From positions 1 to 64,000 of the forward strand of contig JAQGDQ010001077.1 of NCBI GenBank assembly GCA_030141605.1: 64,000 nucleotides of DNA, read 5' to 3'. The DNA is from Tubiluchus corallicola (lineage: Eukaryota; Animalia; Priapulida). Under the pieces are notes generated by a model that searched no databases, was not told the DNA's origin, and saw only the letters and a list, made by a program, of their open reading frames with translations. Position 1 is the stretch's first letter. Each line of letters starts with the position of its first letter. The position numbers and the translations under genes were made by a program. Of this stretch, positions 1 to 12,387 are shown piece after piece.

Positions 1-522
1 AGGTTATATAATGTAGCAGTATAATATATCAGTTTTTATGCACTTTACATATATAGTAAGAGGTTACCTTGTACAGAGTAAAGTAGTATAAAGTTGGTAG
101 TTAGTAGGCCACCTTAATTATTATTTACAAAGTTTAGTCTGCCCGATATTGATTTTTTTAAATCCATTGTTTCTGTTTATACCTAAGTCTTTTAGCTTGG
201 TCATGCCTAAGTCGTTTTGCGTCCATTTTCATATCCGTAAGTAGATGTAACTGAAACATCTTTCTGATTAGCTGAAATTCAGATCTGAGCAAGAATTTCG
301 TTCAAGGATTCAGCTTGTATACTGAATTGTTTTAATTTTCATAGTTAACTTTGGTTCCTAAACACTTCAAAATAATTTTGTTGCAATATAAGTAAATAAT
401 CTAGAATTTCTTACATCAAGTTTTTTGCAGTAGTAGTAACGTCGTCGTAGTAGTAGTAGTCGTCCGGTAACTGTGTTTAATCTTTCACGCAAAACTTTGA
501 TATCGTACACATATCCTTGAAT

Positions 523-732
523 TACGGCCATATCACGTTGAAAACACCGGTTCTCGTCTGATCACCGAAGTTAAACAACGTAGAGCCTGGTTAGTACTTG
601 GATGGGTGACCGCCTAGGAATACCAGGTGCTGTAGAACACCGGTTCTCGTCTGATCACCGAAGTTAAACAACGTAGAGCCTGGTTAGTACTTGGATGGGT
701 GACCACCTAGGAATACGAGGTGCTGTAGGCTT
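523..732 (+). pseudogene. 5S rRNA-derived SINE head with a 93-bp internal tandem duplication (543-635 / 636-728)
   Basis: TACGGCCATATCACGTTGAAAACACCGGTTCTCGTCTGATCACCGAAGTTAAACAACGTAGAGCCTGGTTAGTACTTGGATGGGTGACCGCC...GTGCTGTAGGCTT matches the metazoan 5S rRNA pattern from about nt 4 to the 3' end. No oligo-T terminator follows; it runs into the SINE body. Confidence 0.9.
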
Positions 733-1157
733 GCGGGATGCCCACACTATATCTCGACACTAGGCAGAGGAGCTGAACAAGCAGCCAACTGCTAGAGGGC
801 GGAGGAGGTCAAGTGACACAACGGCCATGTGTAGAGGAGTAAACCTTCCAAATCAGGAGTGGAGCCCCGAAGGCGGACCAGTCCAGCATGCTCACTGACT
901 CCGGCAGCTCCTGCAGCCAACCTGGTGCCAAACGTATCGCTCCGCTTTCCTTTGGACTACACCAGGGAGGAAGAGAGGGGGTTCCTGTTGTCTGGGCAAC
1001 TCAGGATCTCCATACACCTTGCCCAGGTGTGCGCCCGGGGAGACGTTCAAAGATCGGACTGCTGAGCCACTGTTGATGCTGCAGCTCCATCAATGTGATC
1101 AATAACTGACTCTCTTGGCACACATTCCATTGTCTTCCGAGACAGAAGGATGACAAC
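523..1157 (+). mobile_element. Composite SINE copy 1: 5S rRNA-derived head (internally duplicated) + bipartite RTE-type LINE body
   Basis: 5S-like head at 523-732. Body 733-1157 is closely similar to 48002-48435. The body ends with an RTE-like ORF2 C-terminus remnant (SKIGLLSH from 1047) and the 3' end TCCATTGTCTTCCGAGACAGAAGGATGACAAC. Flanked by the direct repeat ATCCTTGAATTA (513-524 and 1158-1169), a candidate TSD. Confidence 0.88.
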
Positions 1158-1610
1158 ATCCTTGAATTATGAAATTATGAAATCTTCTTTGCAATGATTT
1201 GCTAGGCAATTTTTGTAGTCAGGTATTTTTTGTTTTCATTAACTAAGATGCACATTTTCTGGAATAAGTGACAAATCGTTACTAAACGTTCACGCATTTT
1301 TAATGTTTTTCCCATGATATTATAGTTATTCTGTGGGGTAGTGAGCAAGAGCTTGTGAGGCTTGGGCCAGAGAGGTGTGGTTTTGTTGTGGTGACTGCTA
1401 ATTTGTGTAACTATTTTTGACGAGCATCCATCTGTTACGAGCCACAGAAGCTGGTAGACTAACAAACCACCATGGCAAGTATCCTGTGATTGTAATGTGC
1501 TGCAGGATAGTCACATGAAGGAAAATAATGTGTTTTCCTATTTGTAAATTATTATCTTCATTTCTTTGCTGTTTGTTGTAAAGAACAGTTCACTAGCTGA
1601 CAAGACATAG

Positions 1611-2110
1611 AACATTTATTTGCTACAGTTAGTTTAACATCAAAAGTTTTTTAAATATTACGTAATTATAATCATGGAGCAGGGCAGGGAAGGACCATAG
1701 GGCCATCTAGTCTCCTGCCCTTTCTTATAAATAGAATAGTATATTAAAAAATAACAGTGATGCTGCAGATAACAAAAACAAAAACAAACAAGAAAAAATA
1801 ATAATAAAAACAGTGTAAATTTTACAATTTATCCAAAAAGAACTGTAAGCAAAAAATAATAAAGTTAGATACCTAAATCTAAACAAAACAATACAATTAT
1901 TCAGTAATTAGGATTATTATATGTAGTAGTTTCAAATGGGGTCTTATTAACAAGGGAATTTGACCAGGGTCAGTGAGTAAAGTTAAAAACTGAGAGTATG
2001 GAAAGACAAGAGGTGACGTCACTTTAAACAACAAACACACAGTATAGTAGACAAACGTTTTGACGTGTCTTTGTAATTTTGACTGCATACATACATTGTA
2101 CCAGTTCCTT
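1611..2110 (-). mobile_element. Degenerate LINE (CR1/L2-group) 3' UTR remnant
   Basis: TTTATT (AATAAA on the minus strand) near 1615. Stem-loop AGGGCAGG...CCTGCCCT at 1681-1721 has the same architecture as the LINE 3' hairpin at 60531-60568. A weak KLQRHVKTF ORF-end motif is in ORF 1897..2202. Confidence 0.4.
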
Positions 2111-2426
2111 CGTGACCTTGCCTTGTCATCACCTTTACTAGTTGGATATAGATTAGAAGCCAGCCCATTTCTTCCCTGTCCATTATGTGCAAGTAACCAC
2201 ATTTGAGTTGTCAGTTATTTTATGTTAGAGATAAATTATACATATAGTGCTGCGTTCACGTGCACGTGTAATTTTGTTTGAAAATCAAAAATTGAACAGC
2301 ATCGCTATCATTCAGTTTGCAGCTTGGCAGCGTGCTGGCAATTGCTGGTGCATGCCACTGAGATGGTTGAAAAGGTTTGAAATTAAAAAATGGCTTCAAA
2401 GTTTAAATCTGTCAAAATTGTAACTT

Positions 2427-2790
<364 letters not shown>

Positions 2791-3520
2791 AAATTTTGGC
2801 AACAGTTTTGCTTGAAAGCTGTCATAAAGATACGATTCGCCTGCGTCAAGCGTGTTCGTTTCTCTTTTAATGCTTTTAAGTGCAAACTCTGTAACAGTAC
2901 TGGAGTAGAAAAATTTTCATTTTGTAAAAGTCCTGTAAGTTTCACTTATGATAAAGATAGTGTGTGAAACGTAATAATTTATTACAGTATGATGTAACAA
3001 TTTTGATGTCACCATGCATTGAATGTCATTATATTGTACTGAATGTGATAATAATAAAAACTTCAAGCTTCAGTTACTTTAGCGACAGTATTTTATAAAG
3101 TGGAAAGTTTTAGTTGTAGCCGGGAAATCGTTCTGTGGACTGCCTTTATTAGGAAAATTTGACTATCCGCATAAGCCTCCTTAAGGTACCATGTGACTGG
3201 ATGAAGCCAAAATTATTGAACTTTGAAGCCAAACTTGAGAGAAAGGAAAGAAATGTTTAAGTTGGGACTGTTGCCTAGATTTCACGTTTAAGGTATCGGA
3301 AAATACGTCAGGCTTGACCCCCCCCCCCCCCAGTGGTGTGGTTAATGGGTTTGCCTTATATAAACAGCCAAAGTATTGATCTTCTAACTGCTGCAGGTGA
3401 ATAGATTAATTTTGTTCTGTTATTTTATTTGTAAAAAATTTGGTTTCATGACCCAGTTCAAAGACAATTCCCAGAAGTTATCTTTGCAATTCTGTCGTTG
3501 GCAGACAAAGTTTTGACAAG

Positions 3521-4289
3521 CTTGAAACGAAGTACAACCGTACTTGAAACGAAGAACAACCATACTTGAAACGAGGTACAACCGTACTTGAAACGAGGTA
3601 CAACCGTACTTGAAACGAGGTACAACCGTACTTGAAACGAAGTACAACCGTACTTGAAACGAAGCACAACCATACTTGAAACGAGGTACAACCGTACTTG
3701 AAACGAGGTACGACCGTACTTGAAACGAGGTACGACCGTACTTGAAACGAGGTACAACCGTACTTGAAACGAAGTACGACCGTACTTGAAACGAGGTACG
3801 ACCGTACTTGAAACGAAGTACAACCGTATTTGAAACGAGGCACAACCGTACTTGAAACGAAGTACGACCGTACTTGAAACGAGGCACAACCGTACTTGAA
3901 ACGAGGCACAACCGTACTTGAAATGAAGTACGACCGTACTTGAAACGAAGTACAACCGTATTTGAAACGAGGCACAACCGTACTTGAAATGAAGTACAAC
4001 CGTACTTGAAACGAAGTACAACCGTACTTGAAACGAGGCACAACCGTACTTGAAACGAAGTACAACCGTATTTGAAACGAGGCACAACCGTACTTGAAAC
4101 GAGGCACAACCGTACTTGAAATGAAGTACGACCGTACTTGAAACGAAGTACAACCGTACTTGAAACGAAGAACAACCGTACTTGAAACGAAGTACAACCG
4201 TACTTGAAACGAGATACAAATGTACTTGAAACGAAGTACAACCATACTTGAAACGAAGTACAACCGTACTTGAAACGAAGTACAACCGT
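3521..4289. repeat. 22-bp minisatellite CTTGAAACGARGTACAACCGTA, about 35 copies
   Basis: Head-to-tail units with point variants and no spacers; explains three overlapping minus-strand ORFs. Confidence 0.98.
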
Positions 4290-5029
4290 GCAAGCTACTT
4301 TTCCGTATTTAACTGGGGATCCTGGGGTTTCCCTTTGATCACGTCTAAGAGACCTGCTATAAAAGAGTGACTCGTGGCCCACTCATCCATGTTACACTCA
4401 AATTCAGAAATATCCACAATCACTCAACTCCATGCAGCCTACATTAAAAATGTTAATGTGAAGCGTTTCAAATATGTCGAGTCTGCTACTTTGCACACAT
4501 TTCCAGTTTTCCCCCAAATTGTTGTTTCGACATTTTCCCGAGCAGGAATAATGGTAGACATACAGCATGTTGCTTAATGGCGCGAGTAGACAAAGTCTTG
4601 TGATAAGAACTTCATAAATATTTGAAGACGACATTAAATTTATTGTCGGAAAAGCTTAAACGGAAAAATGCTATTATGGGCGGCACGTTCAGCAACTTGG
4701 CTGGTTGGAAATGCATGAGTTTGCGCTTGGATTATGCATGAAATTGCAGATTCGCATTGATTGTAAAATATGTTTTGGGAAATGCTTGACGAGCATTCAG
4801 AATTTTAGAGGCTGGGAACTGAATCCACTACTCGACGAACATTTGATTTAATAACCCAAGAACTAGAATTTTAAACGTGGTTTTCTCTTTTAAGTTACAA
4901 TAATCATAAATGGCTATTTTTTCATTAAAAGCGTGGCAATGTGTCCGCGATCTTCAAATTTACGGGCCTTCCAAATAACCCCACACGTTATTTACATTTT
5001 GAAAGACCAATAAGAGTGTAACAACATAA

Positions 5030-5670
5030 CAAATCACAAATCACTCATAACAAATCAAACCTCTGCAAAAGAGTTAAGAACAATGTTTAAAGTCCCAATT
5101 TTACATGCACATAAAGACTTCTACACAATCCTCTTTTTATATAAATACATCAACAATATTAACACGCCCTGCATCAAAAATAAGCTTCCACTCCTCTTGG
5201 AGCCAACATTAAATCCAAGAACACACAATATTAGACAAATACGCACTAATAAGAAATACGGCAGCAATTCTATCACTAAACAAGGAGTTCAACTTTGGAA
5301 TACCCTGCCATCAAATTTAAAACAAATCAAGTCTTTCGACGAATTCAAATCAAAATTAAAAATACATACGTTAAATCGTTTTGAAAACCCTACATACGTA
5401 AACGATAATATATATTCATCCGCAAATTTTATTTACCCACGTCCATTTTAAATTATATGCATATATTGTATATAGTCTATTATAATTTGCGTGTAACATT
5501 ATAATGTATATTTTGTTTTAAATTTTTGGCACAGTAGTTTTTAGTTTGCACTGGACGCATTTGCCTTTAACAGTTGTGTGAATTTTATTCTCATGCTGCG
5601 ATGTTCTTTTATGCTTTTATAGTTATGAATATCGATGGCAAATAAAGATTATTATATATTATATTATATA
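5030..5670 (+). mobile_element. 5'-truncated CR1/L2-group LINE: ORF2 C-terminus + 3' UTR
   Basis: ORF 5083..5451 contains GVQLWNTLPSNLKQIKSFDEFKSKLK, the typical G..LWN.LP...K...S...FK..LK ORF2 end. AATAAA and a TA-rich tail lie at 5641-5670. Near-identical second copy at 61714-62078. The 5' boundary is uncertain. Confidence 0.85.
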
Positions 5671-6684
5671 AGGTAGTAAGCAGCTCGAAACGTATGAAAA
5701 TGGTTTCGTTGGTGTTTTTGTTTTCAGTTATACTGTGGTACCGAAGCAATAAAACTATGATTTATGTTTGACTCAGTCTTCGTCAAAGGTCAAATATTAT
5801 TTTTAATCCGAGTTTTACCAGTGTGGAATTCCCAAAACGCCGCAACTGTAAAAACAAGGCTAGAATGCAGAATGTCGTTATGACGATTATACGGCTTGAA
5901 GCCATATTTTCATTGAAAAGCTACAGAACCATTCCAAGCGAGGAATATGGTTTGGCAAACGTGCATCCACAAGAAAAAAACGAACAACATCAGCTTTGAA
6001 TGCTTCGCCTAAACCTGCGTAATTTTGCTGTTTAGCGTTTTTCATGTGGTATTTTTGGTAGCTTTCGTATTATCTACATTGTTGTTACATTGTTCCTTTC
6101 ACCTGTGTATTCTGTGCATTAAATGCATCAATTTAGAATGGCAAATCTTGCACTACAAATTTCTCACTTCCTCTTACCGGGTGGCTTCATCTGAAAGGCT
6201 TCACAAACATTGGAAATGGCACGACGCCAACTCTCCGCGTTCGCGAAAAGATGTTCCCCGGAGAGTTTGTTGGATCTTTTCATCCGGACGGGTGCTGCTG
6301 GCTAAAAGCTTCTGTAGAGAGATTTTTTTCTCCGCTAAACACGAATCAGGTCGATACGTGTGTTTATAGCGTGTATCAACTGTATTGTGTCACTGTTTCA
6401 GTAACAAAAGGTCACATTTATTGCCTGCGCGGGCAGTGACAATCGGCCAGCATTTATAGAAGCCGTCATGTATGCTAGTATCGCTGTTGACTTCTGTTCA
6501 TTAATGAGCCCTTTTGTACGGGCTGGCTGACTTGCTTTTGTCAATGTTTACCAGATCATCGGTAATTTCCGTTGCCTCCGAGGCAAGCTGCTGCTAATAT
6601 TTGCCATATTCTGTGCACACAACGGTGGGACGGCAAGCATCTTTGTTGGGAGGACCTGAAGAATTTTACTGGTGAATGCTGACT

Positions 6685-7580
6685 ACCACAGAGTTGGTGT
6701 GATTCACTCACTTGTGTCATAAAAACTCACGCCTCACACAATGCTGCTGCTGTTTCTAATTCTTGACCATACAGTTGATGTGATTCACTCGCTTGTGTCA
6801 TAAAAACTCACGCCTCACACAATGCTGCTGCTGTTTCTAATTCTTGACCATACAGTTGATGTGATTCACTCGCTTGTGTCATAAAAACTCACGCCTCACA
6901 CAATGCTGCTGCTGTTTCTAATTCTTGACCATACAGTTGATGTGATTCACTCGCTTGTGTCATAAAAACTCACGCCTCACACAATGCTGCTGCTGTTTCT
7001 AATTCTTGACCATACAGTTGATGTGATTTACTCGCTTGTGTCATAAAAACTCACGCCTCACACAATGCTGCTGCTGTTTCTAATTCTTGACCAAAAAGTT
7101 GATGTGATTTACTCACTTGTGTCTTAAAAACTCACACCTCACAAAATGCTGCTGCTGTTTCTAATTCTTGACCAAAAAGTTGATGTGATTTACTCACTTG
7201 TGTCATAAAAACTCACGCCTCACAAAATGCTACTGCTGTTTCTAATTCTTGACCACAAAGTTGATGTGATTCACTCACTTGTGTCTTAAAAACTCACGCC
7301 TCACAAAATTCTGCTGCTGTTTCTAATTCTTGACCACACAGTTGATGTGATTTACTCACTTGTGTCATAAAAACTCACGTCTCACAAAATTCTGCTGCTG
7401 TTTCTAATTCTTGACCACAAAGTTGATGTGATTCACTCACTTGTGTCATAAAAACTCACGTCTCACAAAATGCTGCTGCTGTTTCTAATTCTTGACCAAA
7501 AAGTTGATGTGATTCACTCACTTGTGTCTTAAAAACTCACGTCTCACAAAATGCTGCTGCTGTTTCTAATTCTTGACCAA
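6685..7580. repeat. 81-bp minisatellite, about 11 copies
   Basis: AAAAACTCACGCCTCAC at 6721 and 6802 gives the period; variants change progressively along the array. Confidence 0.97.
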
Positions 7581-8352
7581 CTGTCTGACCGACTCACAAA
7601 CAACTGTAATCAGCTGACCATTGACGACTATTTGCTCTGACTGACAGACAGAAGAACTGACAGACAGACTTGTTCGAGTGATTATTCGGATGTTTGATTT
7701 TACCTGTCCAACTATGCAGCCAACAAATCATCCACTCAAAAGATTAATCGACTGACAGGCAAACCAACCAATAAATGTATTAATCAGCCATCCATCTTTG
7801 CCCGGTAGTCACGCAGCCAATCAAAATTGAAATTAGTAATGGCATGGTAAGGCGGACTGATTTTTGGTTTCCATGGTAATTACTTTAATTAGCGGACCTA
7901 GAAACGTATAAAAAATCTTGCAGTGTATTCCATGGGAGAAAATCCCATGTTTTTATTTGTCCTTTATTACACCATAGAATTCCGAATCCTTACCCACTTA
8001 TTTGAACTATTTACTGATTGTACCAATTTACGTACCAATAAAATTTTCATTTCCTGCATTTATTGTTGATTAAGATTTTAGAATTACCATCAGTCTTGCA
8101 GTTAAACAACTTCGGGCAATTTGCGCAGCGTTTAACGACAAAAAAACCTTTTATAGTCTTTGCCAAGTTTTTCTTTCATCCCGAATACGGGAGAATACTA
8201 ACGTGTCGTAAAACAACGTTTCAAATTCTAACGAGTTACTTCCTTGCATTCTTTGGGTATTTCCTTGTTCACAAATGTTTAAGCTAATTCAAGCCGAACT
8301 GAAATTATTGTCTTGTGTATGTAAATGTAAAAAAATTGTATTTACATGCAAC

Positions 8353-8402
8353 TAGTAGTAGTTGTAGTAGTTGTAGTAGTTGTAGTAGTAGTTGTAGTAG
8401 TT

Positions 8403-8493
<91 letters not shown>

Positions 8494-8537
8494 CAGTTGT
8501 AGTAGCAGGTGTAGTAGTAGTTGTAGTAGTAGTTGTT

Positions 8538-8603
<66 letters not shown>

Positions 8604-8626
8604 ATTATTATTATTATTATTATTAT
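8353..8626. repeat. (GTA)n/(GTT) microsatellite followed by (TTA)n
   Basis: Directly visible. Confidence 0.98.
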
Positions 8627-9662
8627 GGTAAGTGCTGGTAAGGCCTACCTTACGAAATCCTAAGAAGTGCAAATATTGTACACGTATAGTATAAGTTATT
8701 TTGCGTAGTTCACACGTGCTAAATATGAGTAATTTTCTTTGCATGCATTTGTCTTTTGGTGTACTTTTTCCGAGGCTGTCTGTAATCTTTTGCCTTATAC
8801 GGAATTCATTTGAAAGAATTTTTGAAGGATTTTGAAAAGTTGAATCTCTCGGTGTGGACAGAACGATGTGACACGTTTATTCTATGTTGTCTTCAAGATG
8901 CAAGATTGTAAGATTAAGATATTCAAGATTAAATTTGTGTACATGATCCGTTTATTTCAGGCATAATTCACTGGGTCTGTTTTTTAAATTTACGTTTAGA
9001 AGAATAAACGAGAGATGCCGCTAGCCTCAGACATCAGTTTTTCAGTTGTTATTTAGGTTGTTAAGCATTCCAGTAATTGGAAAAGTTTTAATATTGGCAC
9101 GAAAACACGTTTTTTTAAAGGAGCAACGCCAACAATTCGACTTTTTTCCAGATAATTATTCATAAGGCCAACAATTCCACTTTTTTCCAGATAATTATTC
9201 ATTTGCTCGTATTTGTATCTTAGAAGGAAAATTCATCTTTGGATGACAACCCCATTCATTCTAGCAATTCATTGTTTGGTTTCTGCAGTTTTTTGAACAT
9301 TTTTGAGCAGAAAATGACTATAGTTTGCTTCACACGAAGGCAACCCACGCCTTCCAATTAGTCTTAATGAAAAACTTAATAAACCGCGTAATTGATGCGC
9401 TCCTGCTAGGTTTATCTTCTGATCTTGCCTAATTAACCTATGCTGCAAAATAAGAAATGGTGGTTTATTGCTTCCCACCTCCGATTACCATATAGTCATT
9501 TAGTATAACTTCAACAGGAGTGGTGGGTTTATAGACAACAGAAACAAATGCTTTTACCGACAGTACAGACGAGTCTTTAGTTGAATTAGCAGTTAGCTAA
9601 TGCTTTGTTCACTTTTTTCTTCGAAAATCCGCGGGTCACGACGGTGTGAGGGTTTTTTAAAC

Positions 9663-10300
9663 TTAAAGGAAAGGTCAACACTTCTAGGAGGTTAGGCTTA
9701 TTTCTGTGTTTGCGAAAAATGCTCGAAGAATTTAGTAATACAACTTCAATAAGCGCCTCGTGTAATTAGTAAAATCACTTTAAACTCACGATCACTTCAT
9801 GTTTGCTTGCTCCCATTTTCAATGCCCATTCTTCTTCCAATGACGTCATTCGTCTTGAAGAACAGTAACGCACTGTCAATCTTCACTAAAAGTACAATAA
9901 GTTTCTTCAAAAGAATTAGGCAGCTAATTTTTTAATATCGATGCGTGAACATTAGGTGAGCTGCAGAAGTTTGTATTAGTTTAAGCAGCGCGCGCTTACG
10001 GAAAGCCACGACGCGCTTACGAAAAGTCACGAACTCTCACAGTTACGTCATGATTTTTAAGTGAATGGCGGCAACCACCACGTCTGAAAATTTCTATTTA
10101 GATGTTCCATATTTTAAATCTATGCTTTATTTTCAGTTCTTTGCAAATTTCTTTGTTATAGTTTTCTAAGTTTAAGTGATAACAGTAGAATGAACCCAAC
10201 GTACTGAGTGACTTGTGCTTTCCTTTAGCACACCACAAACAGTTTAAGTGATAACAGTTAAATAAACCCAACGTACTGAGTGACTTGTTCTTTCGTTTAA
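9663..10300 (+). mobile_element. Kolobok-like non-autonomous DNA transposon, family A copy 1 (right end duplicated)
   Basis: Left end TTAA|AGGAAAGG. Right ends CTTTCCT|TTAG (10218-10228) and CTTTCGT|TTAA (10290-10300). Internal sequence aligns with 12042-12387 and 55101-56207. TTAA target with AGG..CCT termini fits Kolobok. Confidence 0.72.
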
Positions 10301-12041
10301 AATGTGTTTTAAACCCGTGTTTAATCCGCACTAGTCGCATAAAGGCGACGGACGGACGGCAGTTTGATTATAACCCACAATCGTCAAAATTTTAGAGAAA
10401 TTGTTTCAGAAGCTGAATGCTTCGCGAAACCACAATTTTTAAAAGTGCACATCTGTTCGCATCGCTACCCCATGTCTTAGCCACTTTGTGCAAGCTTTCG
10501 GGTGGTATATAATGAGATTTTCTGATTGTGATGCCCGTACAGAGTATTGAAGTTATTGAAACACGCACGCTTATTGCCAGTAATAGATTATTTAGATGCA
10601 CCTGTACAGGTGAATTTACCTCGAACCGGTTTTCCATGAGCATATCGCGAATCGATACGCTTTTGGTCACCTTGCATGTTTGTATCTGTCGCTGGGCTCC
10701 ATTGATTTGTATACCTGATAACTGAGAACGCGTGCACCTGTGTAGATTCTTAACGAACAACGACAACGGTTTGCCAAAGTACTTCTTCAGGTGGGTTAAT
10801 TCGCCCTACAAAGTGGTGAAACGGAATCGTACGAATCATTTGATCTTTTCCATGCTCAAATTAAACCCGGTTTTTCCACGCGCGACACGATCAAAGTGTC
10901 ATTAACTTTTGCCTTGCTTCAGCAATTACCTTTCTCGACAACGTCTGTCGACTAACGATTTTTTAAACACGTTGCTTTTGCACCTTTTCAATGTACTTTG
11001 ACTTGTTAAATTTTTAATGTGCCTTGGGCCAACGGGAGGTCATGTTGGCGTTTTATGCGGGGAGCAATCACTTATTACTAAGTGCACGGTGGCGTTAGCG
11101 AACTGAACCCGTGTCACCTAGCTGCTCTCCATTTTAAATGGCTTCTTCTTGGCAAAGTTACACAGTCGCCTGCTTGACATGCCCAATACAGGATGTAGGC
11201 AGGGCTGCTACCCCGTCATTAAACCAATTCAGGAGTCAAGAACTAGCTAGGGGGCCTGTAAGCTCCCCCAGTGGTGCTTGGGGCCCGGAAGTCATACATG
11301 TTAGACGTTTTATGAACTCTTTCTTAGAAACTAAACTCACGAGATTCAAACTAGAAAGTGGTACAAATTGTTGATTTTACATTCCAAAAAGTCCTAAAAG
11401 TCTAAAACTTACAAAAGTGCAAGCACTGTACATCAGTTTCTTCCCACTCACATTCCTCATTGAGAAGAAACCATTTTTTAGGTTTCTGGAATCGGGTTTA
11501 GCAATCAAATTATTAAACATTTTATGTTACGTGAATTAAAGCTAAAACTGGAGAATACTCGATTGGCACCACTTGTCACTGCAGCAAAAAATCTTGAGAA
11601 ACGTGGTCGGGGTGAAATGATGAAGCTATGCAACCGATTAAAATTAATTTAACAAGTTTACTGTTACCTTAATTAACAGACTCAGCTGCTTTTCGACTTA
11701 ATCTTTTGCAAAGTCTCAATAGCAGGCAAGTTCTATTTCCGTTTTTCCACTTAAATTTAAATGTGATGGTCAAAATCAGCAGATTTCAAAAATTTTCAAA
11801 AATCCGACCGAACTACGAATCTATGGCTGAATTTCAGGAGACTTCTAGATGTAGATCGCCTTCTTGTTTTTCTAGTAACGCGTGTTTCTCTGTTTCCTAG
11901 TAACACTTACAATGAATATTATACTTCTAGCACCTTTACATCTGCCGCACGTTCACTACTCGTCGGTGCTTTCAAGTGCTTTTCAGCAATGCTTGAGTGT
12001 GTTTTACCTTTTTTGTGTAGCAGTGTGTTTGCCCTTTGTGC

Positions 12042-12387
12042 TTAAAGGAAAGGCCAAGCTTTCTAGGAGGTTACGCTTATTTGAATGTTTGAAGGATTTA
12101 GCATTAAAACTGTAATAAGCGCCTCGTTGTAATTAGGGAGATCACTTTAAAGTCGCGATCACTTCCTGCTTAGTCGTTCCCATTTTCAGTGTCATTTCTT
12201 CTTCCAATGACGTCATTCGTCTTGATTCTTTTGAAGAAAGTTAGCGCGCTGTCAATCGTCACCAAAAGTTTAATAAGTTTTTACAAAAAATTAAATACCC
12301 GGTAGCTAATTTTGTAATTCTTTTGTAAGTCTAAGTATTAACAGAAAAATAAACACAACATACTGAGTGACCCGTTCTTTGCCTTAA
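12042..12387 (+). mobile_element. Kolobok-like family A copy 2 (internally deleted)
   Basis: TTAA|AGGAAAGGCCAAG ... TACTGAGTGACCCGTTCTTTGCC|TTAA. Shares AATAAGCGCCTCG and TTCTTCTTCCAATGACGTCATTCGTCTTGA with copy 1. Confidence 0.72.

Noticed and set aside
523-732. Functional 5S rRNA gene or 5S tandem array
   Set aside because: The first bases are missing, there is an internal duplication, box A is altered, no T-run terminator follows, and it is fused to a retroelement body within a TSD.
733-800. HDV-like ribozyme at the start of the RTE-type body (known in some RTE 5' ends)
   Set aside because: GCCC/GGGC and GCTG/CAGC pairings exist, but I could not build P1, P3 and P1.1 in either copy. An HDV descriptor or covariance search on the family consensus would settle it.
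3521-4289. CRISPR-like appearance: units contain TTGAAAC, as does the 57-bp array
   Set aside because: Units are head-to-tail with no unique spacers, there are no cas genes, and the context is eukaryotic.
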